The translations under genes and the position numbers were made by a program. A model generated the notes under the pieces. That model ran no database searches and had not been told where the DNA came from. It saw nothing but the letters and a program-made list of their open reading frames with translations. This document shows, piece after piece, positions 21,315 to 31,326 of a stretch of DNA of 64,000 bases (positions are counted from its first letter, which is position 1; each line of letters starts with the position of its first letter). Source of the DNA: an uncultured bacterium (GTDB taxonomy: Bacteria > Actinomycetota > Actinomycetes > Actinomycetales > Microbacteriaceae). Where the stretch lies: NCBI GenBank assembly GCA_963787305.1, contig CAWBCL010000001.1:22724-86723 (forward strand), read 5' to 3'.

Positions 21315-21776
21315 CTACTGGTTCGCCGAGGTGACGGTGTAGTTCGCGATGAAGCCGTTATCGCTGTCTTTCGAGACCACGACGAGCACGCCCCACTTGT
21401 CGGTGGATCCGATGAACGAGCCGCCGTCAGCGGTTGATCCGCTGAACTCGCCCTCACTCGTGAATCCGGCAGCGGTCAACTGATCCTTGATCGAGTCGAT
21501 GGCGGTCGCGTCAGTGACCCGAACGGTGACGTTAAAGATCTTGCCCTCGTCATTGCCGAGCGCGCCCCCGAAAATGATGTCGCCGGCGATGATCGGCACC
21601 TCGGCCGTCGGGTAGCCGCTCGGCAGGCTGGTGCCACCGAGGTCGACGTCGCCGCCGGTTACCCCCTCGATGATTCCCTCGATCGGGTTCGAGAAACAGC
21701 CGGACAGGGCCGGGGTAATCAGCAGTGCAAGGGCGATTGCCACCGGTGCCGCGTAGCGCTTTCGCAGGGTGTTCAT
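21315..21776 (-). CDS. Putative lipoprotein
   Basis: Signal peptide with LSGC lipobox; GGAGG RBS upstream. Confidence 0.75.
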   Translation of the reverse strand: MNTLRKRYAAPVAIALALLITPALSGCFSNPIEGIIEGVTGGDVDLGGTSLPSGYPTAEVPIIAGDIIFGGALGNDEGKIFNVTVRVTDATAIDSIKDQLTAAGFTSEGEFSGSTADGGSFIGSTDKWGVLVVVSKDSDNGFIANYTVTSANQ

Positions 21777-21906
21777 GATGCCTCCGTCATGGTGTGGACG
21801 GGCATAGCGTATCGCCCGGTCGGGGTGGATGTCATGCCTCCACGACGCGCAGCACTGTCGATCCGGTTGACGGACGGGCCGAATTCGGCCGTTTTCGCTC
21901 TGCTAC

Positions 21907-23814
21907 CTACGCGTTCTGCTTCTTGCGCTGCGAAGTGGCACGGGCCCGGGCGTTGGCATCGAGCTCGACCTTGCGGATGCGAATGACCTCGGGAGTGACC
22001 TCGACGCACTCGTCTTCGCGGGCGAACTCGAGGCATTCCTCGAGCGTGAGCTTGCGCGACGGCGTCATGCGCTCGAAGACGTCGGAAGTCGACTGACGCA
22101 TATTGGTCAGCTGCTTTTCCTTGGTGATGTTGACATCCATGTCATCGGCACGTGAGTTCTCCCCGACGACCATGCCCTCGTAGACCTCCTGGGTCGGCTC
22201 GACGAAGAACGACATGCGCTCCTGAAGCGCCGTCATCGCGAACGGGGTAGCGACGCCGGAACGGTCGGCGACGATCGAGCCGTTGGTGCGGGTCTCGATA
22301 GCGCCGGCCCACTGCTCGTAGCCGTGCGAGATCGCGTTAGCGATTCCGGTGCCGCGGGTGATCGTGAGGAACTCGGTGCGGAATCCGATGAGGCCACGTG
22401 ACGGAACGATGAACTCCATGCGCACCCAGCCGGTGCCGTGATTCGTCATCGTCTCCATGCGGCCCTTGCGGGATGCCATGAGCTGAGTGATCGCGCCGAG
22501 ATACTCCTCCGGCGAGTCGATCGTGAGGTGCTCGAACGGCTCGTTGAGCTTGCCGTCGATGTACTTGGTGACCACCTGCGGCTTGCCGACGGTGAGCTCG
22601 AAGCCCTCGCGACGCATCTGCTCGACGAGGATCGCGAGAGCCAACTCGCCACGACCCTGAATCTCCCAGGCGTCCGGGCGACCGATGTCGAGGAGCTTGA
22701 TCGAGATGTTTCCGACCAGTTCGCGGTCGAGGCGGTCCTTGACCATACGAGCGGTGAGCTTGTGACCCTTGACCTTGCCGATCAACGGGCTCGTGTTGGT
22801 GCCGATTGTCATCGAGATCGCCGGGTCATCGACCGAGATGGTCGGCAGTGGGCGCACGTCATCCGGGTCGGCGAGCGTCTCGCCGATGGTGATGTCCTCG
22901 AAGCCGGCGACGGCGACGATGTCGCCGGGGCCCGCCGAGTCGGTCGGGAAGCGGTCGAGGGCCTTGGTGATCAGCAACTCGGTGACGCGCACGTTGTGCA
23001 CGCTTCCGTCGTTCTTGACCCAGGCCACGGTCTGACCCTTCTTGATGGTGCCGTTGAAGACGCGCAGCAGGGCGAGGCGGCCGAGGAACGGGCTCGCGTC
23101 GAGGTTGGTGACGTGCGCCTGCAGGGGGTGTTCGTCGTCGTAGGTGGGCGCCGGGATGTGCTTGAGGATCGCGTCGAACAACGGCTCGAGGTCGTCGTTG
23201 TCGGGAAGCGAGCCGTTCTCCGGCTTGTTCCAGCTCGCGGCGCCGTTGCGGCCCGAGGCGTAGACGACGGGAACGTCAAGCACTGCGTCGAGGTCGAGGT
23301 CGGGCATGTCGTCGTGCATGTCGCTGGCGAGGCCCAGGAGCAGGTCCTGGCTCTCCGTCACGACCTCGTCGATGCGGGCATCCGGGCGGTCGGTCTTGTT
23401 GACGAGTAGCACGACGGGAAGCTTGGCCTCGAGAGCCTTACGCAACACGAAGCGGGTCTGGGGCAGCGGGCCTTCGCTCGCATCGACGAGCAGAACGACG
23501 CCGTCGACCATCGACAGACCGCGTTCGACCTCGCCACCGAAGTCGGCGTGACCCGGGGTGTCGATGACGTTGATGGTGACCGGCCCGTTGGTTGCGTGAA
23601 TGCCCTTGTACGAGATCGCCGTGTTCTTGGCGAGAATCGTGATGCCCTTCTCGCGCTCGAGGTCGTTCGAGTCCATCGCGCGCTCTTCGAGGTGAGCGTG
23701 CTCGGCAAACGAGTTCGTCTGGCGCAGCATGGCGTCGACGAGGGTGGTCTTTCCGTGGTCAACGTGAGCGACAATCGCCACGTTGCGCAAGTCTGAGCGT
23801 GTGGCGAGTGCCAT
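21907..23814 (-). CDS. typA: Translational GTPase TypA/BipA
   Basis: AHVDHGKTT, EREKGITI, DTPGH, NKTD, GRGEL, VEVTPE; start placed at ATG 23814. Confidence 0.97.
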   Translation of the reverse strand: MALATRSDLRNVAIVAHVDHGKTTLVDAMLRQTNSFAEHAHLEERAMDSNDLEREKGITILAKNTAISYKGIHATNGPVTINVIDTPGHADFGGEVERGLSMVDGVVLLVDASEGPLPQTRFVLRKALEAKLPVVLLVNKTDRPDARIDEVVTESQDLLLGLASDMHDDMPDLDLDAVLDVPVVYASGRNGAASWNKPENGSLPDNDDLEPLFDAILKHIPAPTYDDEHPLQAHVTNLDASPFLGRLALLRVFNGTIKKGQTVAWVKNDGSVHNVRVTELLITKALDRFPTDSAGPGDIVAVAGFEDITIGETLADPDDVRPLPTISVDDPAISMTIGTNTSPLIGKVKGHKLTARMVKDRLDRELVGNISIKLLDIGRPDAWEIQGRGELALAILVEQMRREGFELTVGKPQVVTKYIDGKLNEPFEHLTIDSPEEYLGAITQLMASRKGRMETMTNHGTGWVRMEFIVPSRGLIGFRTEFLTITRGTGIANAISHGYEQWAGAIETRTNGSIVADRSGVATPFAMTALQERMSFFVEPTQEVYEGMVVGENSRADDMDVNITKEKQLTNMRQSTSDVFERMTPSRKLTLEECLEFAREDECVEVTPEVIRIRKVELDANARARATSQRKKQNA

Positions 23815-23827
23815 GACGTGTTTTTCC

Positions 23828-25522
23828 TTAGCTGTTGCGGCCCTTCGGGGCCTGGGAAGCGGAGCGTTGCTCCCGCCGAGCACGCTGCGCGAGTGGATCT
23901 GGCAGCGGAACGGCAGCGATAAGTCGCTGGGTGTACGGGTCCTGGGGATTACGCAGGATCTCGTCTCTGGTGCCCTGCTCGACTAGTCTACCGCGATGCA
24001 TCACCGCAATCCTGTGCGCGAGGATGTCGACGACCGCCAAGTCGTGGCTGACGAACAGGCAAGCGAACTGCAGACGCTCCTGAAGTTCCTGCAACAGGTC
24101 GAGGAATCGGGCCTGCACTGACACGTCAAGAGCACTCGTCGGCTCGTCCGCGACGAGCAGTTCGGGCGTGAGCGCCAGGGCGCGGGCAATGCCGACTCGC
24201 TGACGCTGACCACCGCTGAGCTCGTGCGGGTAGCGGTTTCGGTAGCTCGTGGGCAACTCAACCGAGCTGAGCAGCTCCTCGACGCGACGGTCGAGATCCT
24301 TGCCGGATGCCTCGCCCGCCAGCAGCAGGGGCTCGCCGATGGACTGGCCGATGGGCATACGCGGGTTGAGGCTCGAACCCGGATCCTGGAACACGATGCC
24401 GGTCTTGCGGCGCAGGGGCCGCAGATCCCGGTTGTTGGCGTGCGAGATGTCGTGACCTACAACGGTCAAGCGACCCTCGGCGATCGGCAGCAGGCCGACG
24501 GATGCTCGGCCGAGAGTGGTCTTGCCTGAACCCGACTCCCCCACGAGACCAAGAATCTCCCCGGGATAGATGACCAGATCGATGTGTTCCGCGGCGCGGA
24601 AAGCGGGGACTCTACCGCGCTTCGGGTAGTCGATCGCGACATCCTCAAACTTCAGAACCGGTTCGCGGCTCTCCTTCTTGGCGAGCTCCCGCTCGTCGAT
24701 CTTCACCTCGCCGATACCGAGGCTCGGCACCGCGGCGAGCAGTGACTGCGTGTACGGATGCTGTGGCTTAGTGAATACGTCGACGACCGTGCCGGACTCG
24801 ACCCCGACGCCATCCTTCATGACCAGGATGTTGTCGGCCAGGTCGGCAACCACGCCCATGTCGTGTGTGATGAGAATGATCGCGCTGTCGAGGCGTGTGT
24901 GCAGGCTGCGCAGGAGATCAAGAATCTCCGCCTGCACGGTCACGTCGAGGGCCGTCGTCGGCTCGTCAGCGATGAGCAGCACCGGGTCACACGAGATCGA
25001 CTGGGCGATCATCGCGCGCTGGCGCTGACCGCCGGAGAGCTGATGGGGGTACTTGTTGAACGCGATCGCCGGATCGGGCATTTCGACCTTGGTGAGCAGG
25101 TCGATCGCCCGGGCCTTGGCCTGGGCCGGGTTGAGGTCAAAGTGGGAGCGCAGCGCTTCCATGATCTGGAAGCCGATCGTGTATACCGGGTTCAGGGCCG
25201 TCATCGGCTCCTGGAAGATCACAGCAATCTCGCTGCCTCGAACTGCCATGAGTTCCCGCTGTGAAACCCCGCGGAGCTCGCGCCCCAGAAGCTTGACCGA
25301 GCCGGTAACCCTCGAGTTGGCGGGCAGAAGCCCGAGCAGCGCCATCGAGCTCGAGCTCTTGCCCGAACCCGATTCGCCGACGATCGCGAGCACTTCGCCG
25401 CGCTTGACGGTGTAGTTGAGATCGATGGCCGCCGGGTAGAACGTGCCATCCACCCAGAAGTCGACGCCGAGGTCGGTGACCTCGAGAACGGTCTCCGCGG
25501 TTGCGGTAGCTGGAGGAGTCAC
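23828..25522 (-). CDS. Peptide ABC transporter ATP-binding protein (fused double ATPase)
   Basis: Two GESGSGK Walker A, two LSGGQRQR, two DEPT motifs. Confidence 0.93.
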   Translation of the reverse strand: MTPPATATAETVLEVTDLGVDFWVDGTFYPAAIDLNYTVKRGEVLAIVGESGSGKSSSSMALLGLLPANSRVTGSVKLLGRELRGVSQRELMAVRGSEIAVIFQEPMTALNPVYTIGFQIMEALRSHFDLNPAQAKARAIDLLTKVEMPDPAIAFNKYPHQLSGGQRQRAMIAQSISCDPVLLIADEPTTALDVTVQAEILDLLRSLHTRLDSAIILITHDMGVVADLADNILVMKDGVGVESGTVVDVFTKPQHPYTQSLLAAVPSLGIGEVKIDERELAKKESREPVLKFEDVAIDYPKRGRVPAFRAAEHIDLVIYPGEILGLVGESGSGKTTLGRASVGLLPIAEGRLTVVGHDISHANNRDLRPLRRKTGIVFQDPGSSLNPRMPIGQSIGEPLLLAGEASGKDLDRRVEELLSSVELPTSYRNRYPHELSGGQRQRVGIARALALTPELLVADEPTSALDVSVQARFLDLLQELQERLQFACLFVSHDLAVVDILAHRIAVMHRGRLVEQGTRDEILRNPQDPYTQRLIAAVPLPDPLAQRARREQRSASQAPKGRNS

Positions 25523-25533
25523 TGGATGCCCTT
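25519..25533 (+). repeat. 15-bp imperfect direct repeat, copy 1 (partner at 26169-26183)
   Basis: TCACTGGATGCCCTT vs TCACTTCTTGCCCTT, 12/15 identical; the pair flanks the antisense PH-domain gene. Confidence 0.55.
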
Positions 25534-25560
25534 CATCGTGCGGTCTGCGAAGCTGAGTAC

Positions 25561-26157
25561 ATGCGCTTCGCCCCGACGATCTTCCGCCCGGCCTTCGGCC
25601 GAGTTCTTAGTGTCATTGTTGTTGTTATCGCGGCAACCGGAATCGCCGGATACGTGGTCGCCGGCGACTACGTCGGACTCGTTCGCTACGGCTGGGGTCC
25701 GCTGCTGCTGGCCGCCGTTGCCCTCGCCCTGTTCTGGTTTCCCCGACTCGGCGTCGCCGAACACGAGGTGACGGTGCGCAACGTCTTCAGCACCACTCAT
25801 CTGCCGTGGCCCGCCATAACCCTCGTCGACACCAAGTGGGCCCTGACCCTGCACACTGCCGACCGCAAGGTCACCGTCTGGGCGAGCCCAGCACCGAACC
25901 GCTACGCCTCGCAGGCGGCGACCCGATCCTCGGCGCGCGTCGCGTCGTCGGGATTCGCCCCGCGACCCGGTGACCTGCTCGAGACGCAAAGCGGCGCTGC
26001 GGCGTTCGTGATCCGCCACCACTGGGACGATCTGCGTGCCGACGGCCTGCTCGACGCCGGCGTCGAACCGGGGTCGGTTCGCCGCGACATCCACTGGGCC
26101 ACGATCGTCGTGCTGGCGGCCCTCGCCGCAGCAACCGTGCTGGGAATCGTTCTCTAG
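25561..26157 (+). CDS. Bacterial PH-domain membrane protein, antisense to the ABC operon
   Basis: Two TM helices, then FWFPRL...VTVRNVFSTTHLPWPAI typical of bPH domains; C-terminal TM. Confidence 0.8.
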   Translation: MRFAPTIFRPAFGRVLSVIVVVIAATGIAGYVVAGDYVGLVRYGWGPLLLAAVALALFWFPRLGVAEHEVTVRNVFSTTHLPWPAITLVDTKWALTLHTADRKVTVWASPAPNRYASQAATRSSARVASSGFAPRPGDLLETQSGAAAFVIRHHWDDLRADGLLDAGVEPGSVRRDIHWATIVVLAALAAATVLGIVL

Positions 26158-26168
26158 CACCGTCTGAC

Positions 26169-26183
26169 TCACTTCTTGCCCTT
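26169..26183 (+). repeat. 15-bp imperfect direct repeat, copy 2
   Basis: Partner of 25519-25533; contains the permease stop codon. Confidence 0.55.
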
Positions 26184-27215
26184 GAGCGACGAGTCGTCGA
26201 CGAAGGTCGCGCGCGTCAGCGCACGATCCGTGGGCATGCGGCGCTGGCGCGGGTCGAATGCGTCACGCAGGCCGTCACCAATGAAGTTGATGCACAGCGC
26301 GATCGAGATGATGAACACACCGGGCCACCAGAACAGCCACGGACGGGTCGCGAACGCCGCCTGATTCTCGCTGATGATCTTGCCGAGCGATGTGTCCGGC
26401 GCTTGCACGCCGTAGCCGAGGAAGCTCAGACCGGTCTCGATCAGAATTGCGGCGGCCATGAGCAGGGTCGAGTTGACGATGATCACACCGACGGCGTTGG
26501 GCAGGATGTGCCGGAAGATGATTCGGCGATCGCGCGCACCAGCCACCCGCGCGGCATCCACGAACTCCCGCTCTCGCAGGCTCAGGAACTCGCCGCGCAC
26601 CAGACGCGCAAGCCCCGTCCAGAGCACGAGCCCGAGGATGATCGCGAGCACCGGTGCCCCGGCGAAGCCGAAGCGACGACCGAGCACCGCACCGATGACG
26701 ATCACCGGGATGGTGATGACGACGTCGGTGAAACGCATCAGGATCGAGTCGGTCCAGCCGCGGTAGTAGCCCGAGACCGCCCCGATTACGGTACCGATGA
26801 TCGTGGCGATGCTGCCCACGATCACCATGATCATCAGCGACTGCTGCGTTCCCCGCATGACGACGGCGAAGATGTCACGGCCGACCTGGTCTTGACCGAA
26901 CGGATGGTTGCCGATCGAGAACGGGAAGAGGCTCAGTGTCGGGCGCCCACCGTTCTCGATGTCGCCGGCGATGTTCCAGGTGAACTGCCACCAGCCGCCG
27001 GACTTCCAGTCGCCGAAGGCGACACCCACCGAGGTGAACGCCAGCACGATGATGAACCCGAGCGCGAACATCGAGATGAGGGCGCCGCGGTGCCGGAAGA
27101 AGCGCTTGCGAACGATCTGGCCCTGGCTGAGGCCAGCAATGTCCTTGAGCTCAATCGAGTTCTCGGAATCGGTGACGTCGCCCTTGGGGTCGACTGGGCT
27201 GGACAGGTTACTCAT
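26169..27215 (-). CDS. Peptide ABC transporter permease (OppC/DppC-like)
   Basis: HPFGQDQVGRD, EFVDAARVAGA, RHILPN, LSFLGYG, GDGLRDAFDP. Confidence 0.93.
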   Translation of the reverse strand: MSNLSSPVDPKGDVTDSENSIELKDIAGLSQGQIVRKRFFRHRGALISMFALGFIIVLAFTSVGVAFGDWKSGGWWQFTWNIAGDIENGGRPTLSLFPFSIGNHPFGQDQVGRDIFAVVMRGTQQSLMIMVIVGSIATIIGTVIGAVSGYYRGWTDSILMRFTDVVITIPVIVIGAVLGRRFGFAGAPVLAIILGLVLWTGLARLVRGEFLSLREREFVDAARVAGARDRRIIFRHILPNAVGVIIVNSTLLMAAAILIETGLSFLGYGVQAPDTSLGKIISENQAAFATRPWLFWWPGVFIISIALCINFIGDGLRDAFDPRQRRMPTDRALTRATFVDDSSLKGKK

Positions 27216-28756
27216 CAGGACACCCGGATTCTCGGGTCGAGACCTGCATAGACGAGGTCGGCGATCAGGTTGAAGACGATGGCGAGGCTTCCTGTGACGA
27301 GGAAGAAGGCCATCACCGGGTTGGGATCAACATGATCCAGCCCGTTTTGGAACAGAGCTCCCATGCCGGTCCACCCGAAGACTCTCTCGGTGATGACCGC
27401 GCCGCCGATGATTCCGCCGATGTCGAAGGCGACGATCGTGGCGATCGGGATGAGCGCGTTGCGGAATGCGTGACGCACGACGACGGTGCGCTCGGTGAGT
27501 CCCTTGGCGCGCGCCGTGCGGATGTAGTCCTGGTTCATGACCTCGAGCAGGCTCGCGCGGGAGTACCGCGTGTAGGTCGCGAACGAGATCAGGATGAGCG
27601 CGATCGTCGGCAGCAGCAGGTGCGTGAACAGGTCGACGCCGTGAACCCACAGCGAGCCCTCGAGCCCCGGAGTGCCCGAACCGATTGTCGCAATCGGGCG
27701 ACCCTTGACCCGACCGGAGTTCGCGTAGTCATCCCACACCTGCATGAAGCGGTCGAGTGACAGCACGAAGCCGGCGACGACTCCGACGAGGGCCGCGGTG
27801 CGTGCGACCGGGCGACGGTCGTCGCCGCCCATGAACCAGCCGATCCCCCACGCCACGGCGACGAGGGCGACCAGCGAGCCGACCCAGCCCCAGAACGGCA
27901 GCCCCGTCGTGAAGAAGATGAACGGATACCAGAGGCCGATGCCGACCGCCGCGACGACGAGCGAGGCGTAGAGCGCCCTGCGGTTGCGCAGACCCGTCGA
28001 AACGACGGTGACCCCGAAGGCGGCACCCACGAGGGTGAGGGTAATTCCCACGATTCCGATGTGCGGGTAGCTGAACCAGTCGGACAGGTCCATGTAGATC
28101 AGAATCCCGGCGGTAGCCGCTGCCGCAATCGCGAAGGTGGCGAGTTTTCGCAGCCCCTTGCCCGGGATTATCGACATCCAGATCAACCCGGCGATCACCG
28201 CCAAGAGCGGTACCAACCACCACACGATCTGTGGATGGGCGAGGAAGTCGTTGAAGCCGATCGCGATGTACTGCTTGAGCAACACGGCGACCCAGAAGAT
28301 CGGCAGCGAGAAGAACAGGAACGACAGGAAGGTCACGCCGTAGTCGTATCCGCTGTACTGGCGAAGGGCGGTGGTGATACCGATGACGAGGCCGAGGATG
28401 ATCGCGATGACGCTCGCGATCGTCACCAGCTGCAGGGTCGAACCCGCGGCCTGGCCGAGCAGCACGTTCACCGGCTGGTTCTGCACCGTCACACCGAGGT
28501 CGAAGAACCCCTTGCCGGTGAGACCGAAGATGCCGCCGAGCCAGATGAAGTAGCGCAAGTACGGGGGCACATCGAGATGCAACAACGCTGTTCGCGCCTC
28601 GATGAGCTGAAGTTTATTGGGGGCCGTGCTGGTTCGCAGGTCCTCGAGCGGATCGCCCGAAAGCGAAACGAGGATGTACATGAGGTACGTGGCCGCGAGA
28701 AAGATGAAGATCGAGGCGATGAGCCGCCTCACGACGAATGTTGCCACGAATGGCAC
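27215..28756 (-). CDS. Peptide ABC transporter permease (OppB/DppB-like, with extra TM segments)
   Basis: QDYIRTARAKGL, HAFRNALIP, ITERVF, NLIADLVYAGLDPRI; start may be GTG a few codons in. Confidence 0.92.
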   Translation of the reverse strand: MPFVATFVVRRLIASIFIFLAATYLMYILVSLSGDPLEDLRTSTAPNKLQLIEARTALLHLDVPPYLRYFIWLGGIFGLTGKGFFDLGVTVQNQPVNVLLGQAAGSTLQLVTIASVIAIILGLVIGITTALRQYSGYDYGVTFLSFLFFSLPIFWVAVLLKQYIAIGFNDFLAHPQIVWWLVPLLAVIAGLIWMSIIPGKGLRKLATFAIAAAATAGILIYMDLSDWFSYPHIGIVGITLTLVGAAFGVTVVSTGLRNRRALYASLVVAAVGIGLWYPFIFFTTGLPFWGWVGSLVALVAVAWGIGWFMGGDDRRPVARTAALVGVVAGFVLSLDRFMQVWDDYANSGRVKGRPIATIGSGTPGLEGSLWVHGVDLFTHLLLPTIALILISFATYTRYSRASLLEVMNQDYIRTARAKGLTERTVVVRHAFRNALIPIATIVAFDIGGIIGGAVITERVFGWTGMGALFQNGLDHVDPNPVMAFFLVTGSLAIVFNLIADLVYAGLDPRIRVS

Positions 28757-28782
28757 CTACCTTTTGAGTTCTTCCAGAGGGT

Positions 28783-28814
28783 GGGCGCTGGGGCCGCAAG
28801 CGGCCCCAGCGCCC
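28783..28814. terminator. Perfect GC-rich stem-loop between the binding-protein and permease genes
   Basis: GGGCGCTGGGGCCGC-AA-GCGGCCCCAGCGCCC (15-bp stem); no clear U-tract. Confidence 0.65.
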
Positions 28815-28860
28815 TGGGATTTATCTGACAGTCACGTCAGTCATTGAGTACAGGACCCAA

Positions 28861-30671
28861 TTAACCTTCCGCTGTGACCGGCGTCCAATCCCAGATGTTC
28901 CAGAAGATGGTCGGTGAGAGCGGCCCGGGGCGATTCCAGCGATGGAGTTCTGGTCAAATGCCGTCACTGCCGGGAACTGGAAGATCGTCACACCGTAGAA
29001 GTCGTCCCACAGCAGCTTGTCGATCTGCTTCATGATCTCGATCTGCTTTGCGGTGTCGAACTCCTTGCCCAACTGATCCGTCAGCTTGTCCATTTCGGGG
29101 TTGCTGTAGAAGTTGAGGTTGTTGATGCCCTTCGAGTTGTACGTCGGGGGCGGGCCGTTGGTCACACCGAGGCTCGTCGACTGCCATCCGAAGAGGGAAG
29201 CGTCATAAGCACCGGGCGTTCCGAGCAGGCCACCCCATGAGGGGCTGGAGCAGTCGGTGACGTTGAAGCCAGCGAGAGCACCGGACTGCTGGATCAGCAG
29301 GAACTCGTTCGCGCGACGAGGGTTCGTCGACGAGAAGAGCATGCAGACCTCGGGGTTCGGGTTGCCGGCCTCGGCGAGCAGCGCCTTGGCGCCGTCGATG
29401 TCGACATCCGTGTATGCGGCAGAGCCGTTGTTCGCGACCGAGTCGTCGTAGCCCTCGGCACCCGGCAGGAAGACCTGCGAGTTGCGGACCTCGGCGTCAG
29501 CCTGAAGCGGCTTGATCAGCTTGTCGACGATCTCCTGGCGCGGGATGACCTTCATGAAGGCCTCACGTACCAGCGGGTCGTTGAAGTTGCCGCTCTTGGA
29601 CTGGTCGAACTGGAGGTCGATGTGCTCGTAGGTGCCCTCGTAGCCACCGATTACGGTGACATCGAGTGCGGCGAGCGCGTCGGCCACGTCGGCCGTTGCC
29701 TGAGGCGAGATGACCTGAACTTCACCGTTCTGCAGGGCCTGAACTGCGGCCAGCGGGTCGGTGATGAATCGGACGGTGATCTCTTCGACCTTCGGCTGGT
29801 TTGCACCGGTGTACGCGGTGTTCGCCGTGAGGGTCACGTACTGGTCAGCGACGAAGTCGGTGATCGTGTACGGGCCGTCGCCGACAACCAGGCTGGTGTC
29901 AGACGGCATCTCGGTGAAGTTGAAACCGGAGTTCCAGAAGCCCGAGATGGCTGCCATCGCCGTGGCGTCGTTGTCCGTGATCGCCTTGATCAGGGCATCC
30001 TTCGCCTCCTGCGGGTCCTCGATGCCGAGAGCGTGCATCGCGACAACGTGAGCCGGCAGGCCCGCGCTCGTGAATGCGAGCTCCCAGTCAACGAACGGCG
30101 CGTCGTAGGTCAGCGTGATCGACTTCTTGTCGTCGCTGATCTCCGGCAGGCTGCTCACGAGACCCAGACCCGTTGTCGGGTCTGCACCGGAGTCGAAGAA
30201 CACGACGTCGGTCGGGAAGTTGTCGGTGAACTCGCCCGTGTCGGGGTCGGTGAACTCGCTCGAGTCGAAGTCGGGCGTGTTCTCCGCGCCGGACAGGGAG
30301 ACCCAGTTGAGGAGGAGGTCGGCTGCGTCGACCGCGGTGCCGTCAGACCACTTCACGCCATCGGCGATCGTGTACTTGACGACCAACGGGTCATCCGAGA
30401 TCTTCTCGTAGCTACCGAACGAGGTGTCCTTCACCCAGGCCGGAGAGTTGTCGTAGTAGCCGAAGCCACTGTTGGTGGAGTAGATGATGTTGGCGTTCGC
30501 CGTCGCGTTACCGAACGAAGTGTTCTGGTTGTACGAGTAGAACGGCTGGTTCCAGGCCACCGACAATGATGAACCCTCGACGATCTCCGACTGCGGTGCT
30601 GCGCAGCCCGAGAGGACGAGAGCACCAACGGCGACCGTTGCAGCTGCTGCCGCAAGTCGTCTGATTCTCAA
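28861..30671 (-). CDS. Peptide ABC transporter substrate-binding lipoprotein (family 5); 1-nt deletion near 28922
   Basis: TTG start after GGAGGA, LSGC lipobox, KWSDG..V.A.D motif. The expected C-terminus PLSPTIFWNIWDWTPVTAEG* lies in the adjacent frame and ends at TAA 28861. Confidence 0.88.
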
Positions 30672-30782
30672 TTTTCCTCCTGTGCAAGATGAGCAAACGA
30701 CACGGCAATTCCTAGGCCGCGCCGCGCTTGGTAATTCACACCCTAAACGGGGGCATATCACTGGCAAAACCTTAGGCGGAAA

Positions 30783-30800
30783 CGTTACACACTGGTAACG
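30783..30800. promoter_or_regulatory. Palindromic site CGTTAC-N6-GTAACG, GlnR/MtrA-box-like
   Basis: Lies in the AT-richer divergent promoter region of the peptide ABC operon and fits GTnAC-n6-GnAAC / AC-n9-AC. Confidence 0.4.
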
Positions 30801-30924
30801 CTGGTTGGCATTCCTTGCGCCAATTAGAGATATCCCGCGCGATTCTCGCTGCCTACGCAGAAAACGTGCGCGTCTGAGTGGGCGACGGGGTGAACGCGCG
30901 TAGAACTGGGCGTACGATCGTTCT

Positions 30925-31326
30925 GTGAGCACAGCGCGATTGTCGAAGACATCCAACGCGCCCCTGCTGATCTTCGATGGAGATTGTGCCTTCTGTACGT
31001 CGGCGGTCGACCGGCTGGAGCGGCTGCTCCCCGTATTTCCCCGCACGTCTCCGTGGCAGTGGCTGGAGCTCGATGACTACGGGCTGACCGTCAACGACGT
31101 CACGAGCTACGCGTGGGTCGTGACATCCCGCCACCAGTACGCCGGCCACCTCGCCGGCTCGGCACTGCTGCGAATGCAACCCTCCTTCGTGCTGCGCACG
31201 CTCGGACACCTCATCGCGACGCCGCCCGTGTCGTGGGTCGCCGCCTTCGTCTACCAGTGGGTCGCGGCCAATCGGCACCGACTGCCCGGCGGAACGCCCG
31301 CCTGCGCCGTCGCACGACCCGAATGA
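30925..31326 (+). CDS. DCC1-like thiol-disulfide oxidoreductase (DUF393)
   Basis: LIFDGDCAFC motif; YQWVAANRHRLPGGTPAC. Confidence 0.87.
   Translation: MSTARLSKTSNAPLLIFDGDCAFCTSAVDRLERLLPVFPRTSPWQWLELDDYGLTVNDVTSYAWVVTSRHQYAGHLAGSALLRMQPSFVLRTLGHLIATPPVSWVAAFVYQWVAANRHRLPGGTPACAVARPE

Noticed and set aside
21878-21891. GGCCGAATTCGGCC palindrome after typA as a terminator
   Set aside because: The stem is short and the T-run is on the wrong strand for typA; support is insufficient.
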